Below, piece after piece: positions 42,050-50,747 of a stretch of 64,000 bases of DNA. Origin of the DNA: Christensenellaceae bacterium (GTDB lineage Bacteria > Bacillota > Clostridia > Christensenellales > Borkfalkiaceae); assembly GCA_045606665.1 (NCBI GenBank), contig JAZUSI010000064.1, positions 7,627-71,626 on the forward strand, in the 5' to 3' direction. Made by a program: the position numbers and the translations under genes. The notes below the pieces were generated by a model, which did not search any database, had not been told where the DNA came from, and saw nothing but the letters and a program-made list of their open reading frames with translations. Within the stretch, counting starts at the first letter, position 1. Each line of letters opens with the position of its first letter.

Positions 42050-42502
42050 ATGTATAATCCATCACTTGCCATAGCCTATGCTGAAAAATGGGCGCTATCT
42101 TTCAACCCCAATTATTATAACTTTACCAATATCGGTGGAGACTGCACAAACTTTGTTTCCCAATGCTTGCACTTTGGAAATATCCCCATGAATTATAAAG
42201 AGTACGGCTGGTTTTACACTAGCTTATATAACCGTGCGCCTGCGTGGACGGGTGTAAACGAGTTTTGGGATTTTGGCGTAAAAAATACCAGTGTCGGCTT
42301 AAAACTGTTGCCGTGTGATAAGCAAGATTTACGCGTTGGCGACATAATTCAACTATTTAACGGAGACAGGTATTACCATAACTTACTCGTTACAAGCATT
42401 GATAGCGACATAAAAGTTTCTGCCCATGATAACAGCGCCTTTAATATCCCCCTCTTTCATTATTACTATAAAGATTTAAGATGCGCCCACGTTTCTTCTT
42501 AA
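42050..42502 (+). CDS. putative amidase-domain protein (Amidase_6-like)
   Basis: 150 aa with a GGDCTNFVSQCLHFG catalytic-Cys motif. Confidence 0.65.
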   Translation: MYNPSLAIAYAEKWALSFNPNYYNFTNIGGDCTNFVSQCLHFGNIPMNYKEYGWFYTSLYNRAPAWTGVNEFWDFGVKNTSVGLKLLPCDKQDLRVGDIIQLFNGDRYYHNLLVTSIDSDIKVSAHDNSAFNIPLFHYYYKDLRCAHVSS

Positions 42503-42535
42503 AAATAAAAAAACGACTAAATTTAGTCGTTCAAA

Positions 42536-42736
42536 TTATCCATTTATTAAATCATCAATAGATATGCCCAAAATTAAAGAAAGTTGGCGCAAAAATGAAA
42601 TATTCGGCTCAGTTCTTCCCTGCTCCCAATTAGCATAACAACTTTCTACAACATTCAGTTCACTTGCAATTTGCTTTTGAGTTAATCCCAATTCTTTTCT
42701 TGTACTTTTAAGATTTTCACAAAATTTTTTATCCAT
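42536..42736 (-). CDS. XRE-family HTH regulator
   Basis: 66 aa containing LGLTQKQIASELNVVESCYANWEQG. Confidence 0.85.
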   Translation of the reverse strand: MDKKFCENLKSTRKELGLTQKQIASELNVVESCYANWEQGRTEPNISFLRQLSLILGISIDDLING

Positions 42737-42769
42737 AACCTTAGTTTACATAAAACTACACAAAATATC

Positions 42770-42798
42770 TTGACACTAGATAATTTATCTAGTAAAAT
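42770..42798 (+). promoter_or_regulatory. promoter with an embedded palindromic operator
   Basis: TTGACA, then CTAGATAATTTATCTAG (a 17-nt perfect palindrome that fills the spacer), then TAAAAT. Confidence 0.7.
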
Positions 42799-42816
42799 AT
42801 TGTGAAGGGGTAGATT

Positions 42817-43116
42817 ATGGATTATACAAAAGTAAATATACATTATTTAAGAGCGTATGCAAGGGAAATAGGCGTTAAGTCGCCAACTTCTTACAAGAAA
42901 GACGTTTTAATTCAAAAAATTAAGCAAGTTGAACGTGGTGAAATTGAACCATTTTTTTCTAAAATAGGTAGACCATCAAACGAAAAAACTATTTGCAAAC
43001 CAATGCTACAAAAGGTTAAAACTGAAAGTCACGATAAATCGTTACTGCTATTTGTGGTAGATAGATTTAAAGAATTTTTAGACAAATTAGAAAAGGAAAT
43101 AGAAGATAAATTTTAG
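42817..43116 (+). CDS. small Rho_N/SAP-like protein (99 aa), paralog of 36647-36955
   Basis: Its first ~50 residues (MDYTKVNIHYLRAYAREIGVKSPTSYKKDVLIQKIKQVERGEIEPFFSK) are near-identical to the N-terminus of the other copy. Confidence 0.65.
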   Translation: MDYTKVNIHYLRAYAREIGVKSPTSYKKDVLIQKIKQVERGEIEPFFSKIGRPSNEKTICKPMLQKVKTESHDKSLLLFVVDRFKEFLDKLEKEIEDKF

Positions 43117-43151
43117 TTTTTTCAAAAACAAAAGCACTTTGCGTTTTGAAA

Positions 43152-43190
43152 TGCACCCCAAAAGTTTTTCTAACTTTTGGGGCGCATTTT
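43152..43190 (+). terminator. intrinsic terminator
   Basis: The stem TGCACCCCAAAAGTT/AACTTTTGGGGCGCA is followed by a T-run. Confidence 0.8.
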
Positions 43191-43202
43191 AGTTTGTATA
43201 AT

Positions 43203-44000
43203 TTAAAACCAATATTTATTAATCACAGCTCTTAAGCAGTCTTTTAAATAATCATCTAAAAAACCCATAGCGACTTGTTTAATGTATAATGGAATACCAT
43301 AATATGCTTCTGCAATGCCACCGGTAATCGCAGCCAGCGTATCGCCATCTCCTCCTAACGAAACGGCGTTTCTTATCGAATCTTCATAATCACACGATTC
43401 AAAAAAACACGTTAGAGCCTGTGGGACCGTTCCTTGACAAGTTACATCATATACGTAATCCTTTCTTATATTGTCGCAACTCATGTTAATAAGCTCAGGA
43501 TAATATTCTTTTGCAAGTCTGTTCTTGATATCTTCTTTATACCAACCTTGTTTTGCCAGATAAACTGCTAATGCCGTAGCTTCAGCACCTTTTATCGCTT
43601 CTTGATGAGTATGTGAAACTTCTGTAATTATTTTTGAAACTTTTTTTACTTCGTTTTCTGTTTTGCAAAACAACCCCACAGGGCTTACTCTCATTGCCGC
43701 ACCATTTCCAAAACTATCATATGGCTTAATTTCTTCAAAAATCCATTGTTGAAAAAATGTCCCATATCCACAGTGTGGATATTTTTGCCCAATTTCCTTC
43801 ATACATTTAATTGCTGTTTGTTTTAATTTCTGCTCATCATTAAAATCGTCAACTAAACTTAAAGCATATGCCACAGCAATAGTCATGACACTATCATCAG
43901 TAAAACTACACTTTTTATCAAAAAAACTGAATACTTTAGATTTGTATTCTAAATACTCAAACCTACTTCCTACTATATCACCTATAATTGCGCCTAACAT
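43203..44000 (-). CDS. ADP-ribosylglycohydrolase (DraG/ARH) family protein
   Basis: 265 aa with an N-terminal MLGAIIGDIVGSRFE motif and a C-terminal GGDGDTLAAITGGIAEAYYG metal-site motif. Confidence 0.85.
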   Translation of the reverse strand: MLGAIIGDIVGSRFEYLEYKSKVFSFFDKKCSFTDDSVMTIAVAYALSLVDDFNDEQKLKQTAIKCMKEIGQKYPHCGYGTFFQQWIFEEIKPYDSFGNGAAMRVSPVGLFCKTENEVKKVSKIITEVSHTHQEAIKGAEATALAVYLAKQGWYKEDIKNRLAKEYYPELINMSCDNIRKDYVYDVTCQGTVPQALTCFFESCDYEDSIRNAVSLGGDGDTLAAITGGIAEAYYGIPLYIKQVAMGFLDDYLKDCLRAVINKYWF

Positions 44001-44077
44001 TTTGTCTCCTTTTTTTATAATTGGTTTTTATAATATTCTAAACATTATAAGTGACAATTATTGTCATATTAAAAAAT

Positions 44078-44413
44078 TTAAACTAAGCATTTTAACTGTC
44101 TATAAAGTTCAGGTATAGAATTTGTAATAGTATCGTAAACAATGGTCATATCTATAAAGCCATAATCGTGAACGATACGATTTCTCATACCCTTTATGGC
44201 TTTCCATTTAATTTCTTTATGGTCTTCTTTAAAAGCACTTGTCAACTTTTCGCCATTTTCAGCTATTTGCACCAAACGAAACATAATCGAGTCCATAAGT
44301 AATGCATTACCCTCAATTTCATCAGAGGTTTTTCCTTTCGTCTGCTCCATCATAAATTCAAGGTCAGCAACCATTTTATTTAAATAATAATTATTGTTTT
44401 TTACGTTATCCAT
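44078..44413 (-). CDS. hepT: HepT-like (DUF86) RNase toxin
   Basis: 111 aa with an RNRIVHDY (R-x4-H-x-Y) motif. It overlaps the upstream nucleotidyltransferase gene by 8 nt. Confidence 0.85.
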   Translation of the reverse strand: MDNVKNNNYYLNKMVADLEFMMEQTKGKTSDEIEGNALLMDSIMFRLVQIAENGEKLTSAFKEDHKEIKWKAIKGMRNRIVHDYGFIDMTIVYDTITNSIPELYRQLKCLV

Positions 44414-44876
44414 AAATCTTCACCCCATCTCTTAAAATTTCTTGTACAAGCTGTGGATTATTATTTAACTGTCCTATATCTAACAAATCCACTTTCTTTT
44501 TTAATTTCTCTCTTAAAGTCTCTATAAGCTCATAAAATGCAAGTCCGTTAACAGGCATTGAGACAAGCAAATCTATGTCACTAAATTCGGTAGCCACGCC
44601 TTTTGCATAAGAGCCGAAAAGATACGCATATTCCACGTTATACTCGTTTAAAACATCATTACAAATTTTCTTTATAGCCTCTAAAGTCAAAATACCGTGA
44701 GTTTCATCAATAACGCCATATTTTTTAAGAGTATGCAAAAAAAACTCCAATTTCATAGGGGAAATTTTGCTTTCGTCTTTTTCATAAGTAAGGTAAGTTT
44801 TTCTACTAACACCTAATATTTGCGACGCCTTTTCTTGCGTAAGACCTTTTTCTAATCTAAGATTTTTGAGTTTCAT
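44406..44876 (-). CDS. mntA: MntA-like minimal nucleotidyltransferase antitoxin fused to an N-terminal XRE HTH
   Basis: The N-terminus reads LRLEKGLTQEKASQILGVSRKTYLTYE. The C-terminus carries the GS-x10-DxD motif as LFGSYAKGVATEFSDIDLLV. Confidence 0.85.
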   Translation of the reverse strand: MKLKNLRLEKGLTQEKASQILGVSRKTYLTYEKDESKISPMKLEFFLHTLKKYGVIDETHGILTLEAIKKICNDVLNEYNVEYAYLFGSYAKGVATEFSDIDLLVSMPVNGLAFYELIETLREKLKKKVDLLDIGQLNNNPQLVQEILRDGVKIYG

Positions 44877-44893
44877 TTTTTCACCTCAATAGC

Positions 44894-44967
44894 ATTATAC
44901 CACTTTACACTTTAATATGCAAGTGTTTGAGTAAAATTTACACATTGCATAAAAATAAAATGTGTAA
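44894..44967 (-). promoter_or_regulatory. promoter (TTGCAT, 17-nt spacer, TATAAT) plus an upstream 9-bp inverted repeat TTACACATT/AATGTGTAA
   Basis: The hexamers lie at 44917-44922 and 44894-44899. The inverted repeat lies at 44938-44946 and 44959-44967. GTGTAAA-like words recur inside the promoter spacer. Confidence 0.5.
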
Positions 44968-45003
44968 TTTTTTTACTTTTTAATAAACAATTATTCTTTT
45001 TAA

Positions 45004-45041
45004 TATTAAAAAAGCACTTTGCGTTTTTGCAAAGTGCTTTT
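45004..45041 (-). terminator. intrinsic terminator of uppP
   Basis: The stem AAAAGCACTTTGC/GCAAAGTGCTTTT is followed by a U-run on the minus strand. Confidence 0.8.
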
Positions 45042-45054
45042 AGTTTACTTGTTT

Positions 45055-45834
45055 TTATGCTAAATATACTATCAAGTTTGCAATGCTGATTAAAATTAAA
45101 TATACGCTAAACCATTTATAGTTTGCTTTCTTTATAATCTTAAGCATAAAGTTTATTGCTATGTACCCGGAAATCATTGCCGTTAAAACGCCCAAAGCGA
45201 GTGGCAAAAAGTCTATTCCAACGCCACCACCTGCTTGAACGAAGTCAAGCCCTTCCATAAGTACCGCCGCCAAAATGATTGGAATACTCATTAAGAAAGT
45301 GAAATTTGCGTTATGAGTTTTATCAACTTTTGCCAAGTTCCCTGCCGTTAGCGTTGAGCCACTTCTTGAAATCCCTGGAAATACGCCAACTGCTTGACCA
45401 CAGCCCATAATAAATGCAGTTTTTGTGTTTATCTCGTTTGCCATTTGGTGTTTTTTTGCCCAAATTTCCGAAAAAACCATCTCCCCTGCCGTAAACAAAA
45501 AGGAAATTGAAAGAAGCCAGATGTTGTTTGCAAACAAGGTGTCAAGGTCTATCTCTTTTGAAAAGATTATGCCTATTATCCCTGCAGGTATGGTTGCCAA
45601 AACCAAACAGCCGAATAACTTAAACGGCTTTTTAAAAACGTCCAAAATCTGTTTCCACAAAACGATTATAACGGGAACTAGTGTTCCTAAATGAAGCATG
45701 ACGCTATAAAAAATAACGTTGTCTTCTATACCAAACCAATTAGACAATAAAATCAAATGCCCACTCGACGAGATAGGCAAAAACTCTGCAAAGCCCTGTA
45801 CAAGTCCAAGGACTATCGCTTGCCAAATTTCCAT
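45055..45834 (-). CDS. uppP: undecaprenyl-diphosphate phosphatase
   Basis: 259 aa, polytopic, with LPISSSGH and PGISRSG motifs. Confidence 0.93.
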   Translation of the reverse strand: MEIWQAIVLGLVQGFAEFLPISSSGHLILLSNWFGIEDNVIFYSVMLHLGTLVPVIIVLWKQILDVFKKPFKLFGCLVLATIPAGIIGIIFSKEIDLDTLFANNIWLLSISFLFTAGEMVFSEIWAKKHQMANEINTKTAFIMGCGQAVGVFPGISRSGSTLTAGNLAKVDKTHNANFTFLMSIPIILAAVLMEGLDFVQAGGGVGIDFLPLALGVLTAMISGYIAINFMLKIIKKANYKWFSVYLILISIANLIVYLA

Positions 45835-45848
45835 ATTCCCCCCTACTT

Positions 45849-46745
45849 TTACTTACCGTCTTTTCCTATAAGCTTTATAAACTCTTTAACAGCAAAAGTC
45901 ATATTTTCCTTTTTAGGAAGTGCCAAACCTATCGCCCTTGTTGGCAAGGTTGGATTAGTTTTAATTTCAACTAAACTCTTTTCTTCATTTAATTCGTGCA
46001 ACACGAATTCTCTTGGAATACACGCAATACCTATGCCGTTTTTAGCAAGTTGAACCATAAGTTCTAAACTTGCAAGTTCAATTTCAGGGTGCAAGTGTAT
46101 GCCTTGAGAGTGGGCAAAACTAACTATTGCTTGCCTTGTTGCCGTGGATAGTTCAAGCATTAAAAGTGGATAATCTTGCAATCTCTTTAAGTCAATTACC
46201 ACGTCCGTTAATTCTTTAAAATTCTCGCTCGCAACAAAGGTGTCGTGCAGTTGCATAATGGTATTTGAAAGGTTAATATCCGTATCGTCTATAGGCAAGT
46301 TTACAAAACCAATGTCGCCTTTGTTGTTCTTTAACAAATCTATAGTTTCACTCGAAGTACAGTTCTGTAAAATCAAGTTTACGTTTGGATATTTTTGGTG
46401 ATATTCTTTTATGTAAGGCAACAAAAAGTGGGTGCTGACCGTATCCGATGCACAAATTCTAACAATTCCAGTTGCCGTGTCCTTAAGTTCAGAATATTTA
46501 CTCTCTGCATCTTCAAAAAGTTTAAGAGCCTTTTCAACCGTATCGAAAATTTGTTTGCCACCCGTTTCAGTGAGTTCCATGCCCTTATGCGTTCTATTAA
46601 AAAGCTTTCCACCAAGTTGGCTTTCAAGTTGTTTTATAGCCTGTGAAACAGCTGGCTGAGAAATATATAATTCTTCAGCTGCCTTAGTTAAACTTCCACA
46701 TTTTGCAACAACGTAAAACACCCTATATAATTCAAGGTTTACCAT
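45849..46745 (-). CDS. LysR-family transcriptional regulator
   Basis: The N-terminal HTH is GSLTKAAEELYISQPAVSQAIKQLE. Confidence 0.9.
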   Translation of the reverse strand: MVNLELYRVFYVVAKCGSLTKAAEELYISQPAVSQAIKQLESQLGGKLFNRTHKGMELTETGGKQIFDTVEKALKLFEDAESKYSELKDTATGIVRICASDTVSTHFLLPYIKEYHQKYPNVNLILQNCTSSETIDLLKNNKGDIGFVNLPIDDTDINLSNTIMQLHDTFVASENFKELTDVVIDLKRLQDYPLLMLELSTATRQAIVSFAHSQGIHLHPEIELASLELMVQLAKNGIGIACIPREFVLHELNEEKSLVEIKTNPTLPTRAIGLALPKKENMTFAVKEFIKLIGKDGK

Positions 46746-46754
46746 TTTATCCCC

Positions 46755-48092
46755 CTATTTTCCCACACAAAACTTTGAGAAAATATTGTTTATAATATCT
46801 TCGGTTGCAGTCTTTCCCGAAATTTCGCCAAGCGCATCCCAACCATCTTTAACGTCGATAGACAAAATATCAAGTGGCACAATATCGATGTTAGAAAGTG
46901 CTTGTCTAAACTTATCATTTGCTTTAGAGAGTGCATCAAAGTGCCTTTCTTCACACAAAAAGTCTCCGTTTAAATCTATGCCACCACCAATGGTTTTTTG
47001 ATATAAAAGATCTTTTAACTCATCTAAATTTTGTCTTGTCAACGCAGAAATGCAAATATCTGCCCTTTTATCAACCATATTCGTCTTATCACACTTGTTT
47101 TGAGCAACGATAAGGTTTTCATTTTTTACAACTTCATAAATTTTATCATCTTCAAAATTAATATCGTTTCCGTCAAAAACCAAAAGTATAACGTCACTTT
47201 GCTTTAACACGCGCTTAGAGAGTTCCACGCCAAGTTCTTCAATTTTATCGTCGCTCTCACGAATACCAGCAGTATCAAAAAAGTTAAAGGTAACGCAGTT
47301 AATGTCAATGCTACCTTCAACTATATCACGCGTTGTTCCTGCAATATCCGAAACAATTGCCTTTTCATAGTTTAAAAGTGCGTTGAGAAGCGAACTTTTA
47401 CCCGTGTTTGGCTTTCCAACGATTCCCACCTTAACCCCGTCTTTAAGCGTTCTACCAAGCCTATAAGTGCCTTTTAATTTTTCAACTCTGTCAATTACTT
47501 CGATAAGCGCATTCCTAACGTTAATTGTAGAAACTATTTGTAAATCTTCTTCAGGGAAGTCCATATCAGCATCGATTTCACTCAATGCGTCGGTAATTTT
47601 GTCTTGAAGTTCGGTTATTTCCTTTGTTAACTTTTCTCTATAAAGATAATATCCTGCCTTAACCCCACTAACGCTTTCACTGTTTATCATATCGATAAGC
47701 CCTTCTGCAGAGGATAAAGATAATTTTCCGTTCATGAAAGCGCGCTTAGTGAACTCGCCGTTATTGGCAAGCCTTGCGCCAAGCGACAAGGTTTTCCTTA
47801 ATATACCCTTTGCAATGGCAACCCCACCGTGCGAGTGGAATTCCACAACGTCTTCGCCAGTAAAACTCTTTGGTCCTTTAAAAAAGACCATCAAGCCGTG
47901 GTCAGAAAAACCATCGGCTTGTATTTCACCAACGTACATCTTATTTGGTTCAAAGTCTTTTACGTTGACCTTGCCAGCAGGTAAAAACATTTTACCTGCG
48001 ATTTCTTTTGATTTAGTTCCACTAATTCTTATAACTGCAACCCCACTTGCAACAAGAGCTGTGGATATTGCAGAGATTGTGTCTAAAGGCAT
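46755..48092 (-). CDS. mnmE: tRNA modification GTPase MnmE
   Basis: I trimmed the start to MPLDTISAISTA, which follows an AAGGAAAG RBS. The G domain carries GKPNTGKSSLLN and the C-terminal tail is FCVGK. Confidence 0.93.
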   Translation of the reverse strand: MPLDTISAISTALVASGVAVIRISGTKSKEIAGKMFLPAGKVNVKDFEPNKMYVGEIQADGFSDHGLMVFFKGPKSFTGEDVVEFHSHGGVAIAKGILRKTLSLGARLANNGEFTKRAFMNGKLSLSSAEGLIDMINSESVSGVKAGYYLYREKLTKEITELQDKITDALSEIDADMDFPEEDLQIVSTINVRNALIEVIDRVEKLKGTYRLGRTLKDGVKVGIVGKPNTGKSSLLNALLNYEKAIVSDIAGTTRDIVEGSIDINCVTFNFFDTAGIRESDDKIEELGVELSKRVLKQSDVILLVFDGNDINFEDDKIYEVVKNENLIVAQNKCDKTNMVDKRADICISALTRQNLDELKDLLYQKTIGGGIDLNGDFLCEERHFDALSKANDKFRQALSNIDIVPLDILSIDVKDGWDALGEISGKTATEDIINNIFSKFCVGK

Positions 48093-48124
48093 AATAACTT
48101 TCCTTAGGCTTTTGAACAAAAAAT

Positions 48125-48261
48125 GACTGATTAGTAATCTTTACGTTTTGGTGAGAAAAATACAAAAAGAACAAACGATTTTGTAAGGGACATACCCCCC
48201 GTGATCTGTAACCGAACAAAACACGAAGTAATTTGCAATATTTTTCCTCCAAAAATTAGTC
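48125..48261 (+). ncRNA. unclassified ~135-nt structured element, copy B
   Basis: See 40206-40340. The strand is assigned by analogy with copy A. Confidence 0.4.
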
Positions 48262-48285
48262 AGAGTTTGTGGCATAAGCCTTTAT

Positions 48286-49212
48286 TTAATTTCTATTATC
48301 AAACTCATCAAATGGGTCTGTATTTTTATTGTTATCAAATTCATTAAATGGTTCGCCTGGATTGGCGTCACCCTTTTGGTCAAACTCACTAAATGGACTT
48401 TCAGGTTGCTTTGGCGCTTGATTTGGTCGATTATAACCACCTTGATTATATGGATTGTTATAAGGATTCTGGTATGGATTTTGATAACCTTGATATCTTG
48501 AACGAATATATTCGTTATAATCTATCGCGTCTTTATTCCTACAAGCAAATATGAATATTGCAAGCGCAGGTGTAATAAATATAGACAATAAACTTGCGAG
48601 CATAAAGTGTTGTGGCAAATATTTTCTAAAGAACGCAAAGTAGGCAGAAATTGTAATGACCACACTTGCAAGACCAAAAATGGCTGAGAATATATCTATA
48701 ACTTCTAAAATCTTGTTGACTTTAGCCACCGGCAATCCAAATGGAAGAATACGTTTTGCAACGTAAATACCCATCAGTTCATCTATAGATGAATATAAAA
48801 GTAATTCTTCGCCTATTTGTTCAATCGAACCAATGTAAATTGTTCCACCTTCGATAAGCGAATATTGAAACAATGGAAAATAAACTATAAAGTTTGCGAC
48901 TATAGTCAACAATTGCGACACTGCAAAAACAACGCACAGCCAAATTGCGACCTTTTCATAAACCATATTAAATAGCCTTGCTTTGCCTATCAATTTACAT
49001 AAAACGTAAAACCAGACAAGTGGTATCCAAGCCAAGAACGCTTTTTGTACGTTTTGTCTTTTAGCAAGCATGAATAGCCCGATTGAACGCAACACGTAAA
49101 GCGTGATTATAACTGCAAGGCTTATGCCAAGCCCTGCCCAAATATGTCCGTTAGTTATTGACATTGTGGTAAACGTTCCCGTTGATACGTCCATATCAAA
49201 AGTTGTTGCCAT
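48286..49212 (-). CDS. hypothetical polytopic membrane protein with a low-complexity Y/N/P-rich tail
   Basis: 308 aa. The C-terminal tail reads YQGYQNPYQNPYNNPYNQGGYNRP and carries three PFxEFD motifs. Confidence 0.65.
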   Translation of the reverse strand: MATTFDMDVSTGTFTTMSITNGHIWAGLGISLAVIITLYVLRSIGLFMLAKRQNVQKAFLAWIPLVWFYVLCKLIGKARLFNMVYEKVAIWLCVVFAVSQLLTIVANFIVYFPLFQYSLIEGGTIYIGSIEQIGEELLLYSSIDELMGIYVAKRILPFGLPVAKVNKILEVIDIFSAIFGLASVVITISAYFAFFRKYLPQHFMLASLLSIFITPALAIFIFACRNKDAIDYNEYIRSRYQGYQNPYQNPYNNPYNQGGYNRPNQAPKQPESPFSEFDQKGDANPGEPFNEFDNNKNTDPFDEFDNRN

Positions 49213-49273
49213 AAAATCTCCTTTCCTACTCTAACTTGTTTTCTTTTTCCATTATTAACTGTTTTTTAACAAA

Positions 49274-50704
49274 TTAATACGCGCGAGCAAATATAACTTT
49301 GTGAGTTGCTTTTTTGCCACAGATTGCGCAAGTTTCAGGAACGCCTTCTTCATCGCACATAACTCTTGCAGTTGCTGAAGCCACTTCCTTAACTTTATCT
49401 TCACATTCACGGCAACCACACCAGCCAGCCTTAACAAAGTTTTTATTTTCAACGCCTTGTAAAATTTCTTCCAAACTATTTGCTTCAACCACTCTCTTGT
49501 CGCGATTTGCTTTAGACTTAGTAAACATATCCTTTTGAACAACGTCTAAAAGTGCTAAGATTTCGCTTGAAATATTATCAAGTGGCATAGCGTTCTTTTC
49601 AAAATTATCACGGCGAGCAATCATACATTGATTGTTTTCAATATCTCTTGGTCCGATTTCAATACGAAGTGGCACACCCTTCATTTCCCATTCGTTGAAC
49701 TTCCAACCAGGGCTCATATCACGGGTGTCAACTTCAGCTCTAATACCTGCCTTAACAAGTGCGTCTTGAAGTTCGGTTGCCTTTTCGATAACCCCACCTT
49801 TATGCGTTGCGATCGGAACGATAATAACTTGAATTGGAGCAACCTTTGGTGGCAATACCAACCCCCTTTGGTCGCCGTGCGCCATAATGATAGCGCCTAT
49901 CATACGCGTTGAAGTTCCCCAAGAAGTCGTATAGCCGTGTTTTTGCGTGCTGTCCTTATCCAAGAATTTAATATCAAACGCCTTTGCAAAGTTTTGACCT
50001 AAATAGTGGCTTGTTCCAGATTGTAAAGACTTGCCGTCAAGCATCATTGCTTCTAAGCCAAAGGTCGCAACTGCACCAGCAAACTTTTCCTTGTCGGTCT
50101 TTCTGCCTGTGAAAACAGGAAGCGCAAGAGTTTCTTCCATGAACTCTTTATAAACTTGAAGCATCTTCATAGTTTCTTCCATTGCTTCTTCTTCGGTTGC
50201 GTGAACGGTGTGACCTTCTTGCCACAAGAATTCACTCGTACGAAGGAAAGGACGCGTTGTCTTTTCCCAACGCATAACGTTGCACCATTGATTCATAATT
50301 ACAGGTAAATCTCTATATGATTGTATCCATTTAGCGTACATCGTGCCGATAACCGTTTCGCTGGTTGGACGAATAGCAAGTGGTTCTTCAAGTTTGGCGC
50401 CACCAGCGTGGGTAACGACTGCAACTTCAGGAGCAAACCCTTCAACGTGTTCTGCTTCTTTTGTAAAATAACTCATAGGAATAAGAAGTGGGAAGTAAGC
50501 GTTTTTAGAGCCTGCCTCTTTAAATCTTCTATCCATATCTTTTTGTATATTTTCCCAAATTGCATAACCATAAGGACGAATAACCATAGTTCCTTTAACC
50601 GGACCATAGTCAACGAGTTCGGTTTTTAAAACCACGTCCGTGTACCATTGTGCGAAGTCTTCATTGATGTCTGCGATTTGTTTAACGAATTGTTTTTCAC
50701 TCAT
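49274..50704 (-). CDS. proS: proline--tRNA ligase (archaeal/eukaryote-like short form)
   Basis: I trimmed the start to MSEKQFVKQI, which follows a GGAG RBS. Class II motifs and a C-terminal zinc-type Cys cluster are present. Confidence 0.92.
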   Translation of the reverse strand: MSEKQFVKQIADINEDFAQWYTDVVLKTELVDYGPVKGTMVIRPYGYAIWENIQKDMDRRFKEAGSKNAYFPLLIPMSYFTKEAEHVEGFAPEVAVVTHAGGAKLEEPLAIRPTSETVIGTMYAKWIQSYRDLPVIMNQWCNVMRWEKTTRPFLRTSEFLWQEGHTVHATEEEAMEETMKMLQVYKEFMEETLALPVFTGRKTDKEKFAGAVATFGLEAMMLDGKSLQSGTSHYLGQNFAKAFDIKFLDKDSTQKHGYTTSWGTSTRMIGAIIMAHGDQRGLVLPPKVAPIQVIIVPIATHKGGVIEKATELQDALVKAGIRAEVDTRDMSPGWKFNEWEMKGVPLRIEIGPRDIENNQCMIARRDNFEKNAMPLDNISSEILALLDVVQKDMFTKSKANRDKRVVEANSLEEILQGVENKNFVKAGWCGCRECEDKVKEVASATARVMCDEEGVPETCAICGKKATHKVIFARAY

Positions 50705-50747
50705 AATATTATCTCCGTGCATACTTTTCCATAATAATGTACTTAAT

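Noticed and set aside
48022-48252. 76-aa minus-strand ORF upstream of and overlapping mnmE.
   Set aside because: It is out of frame with mnmE and has no RBS. It spans the conserved RNA-like element, and its composition looks non-coding.
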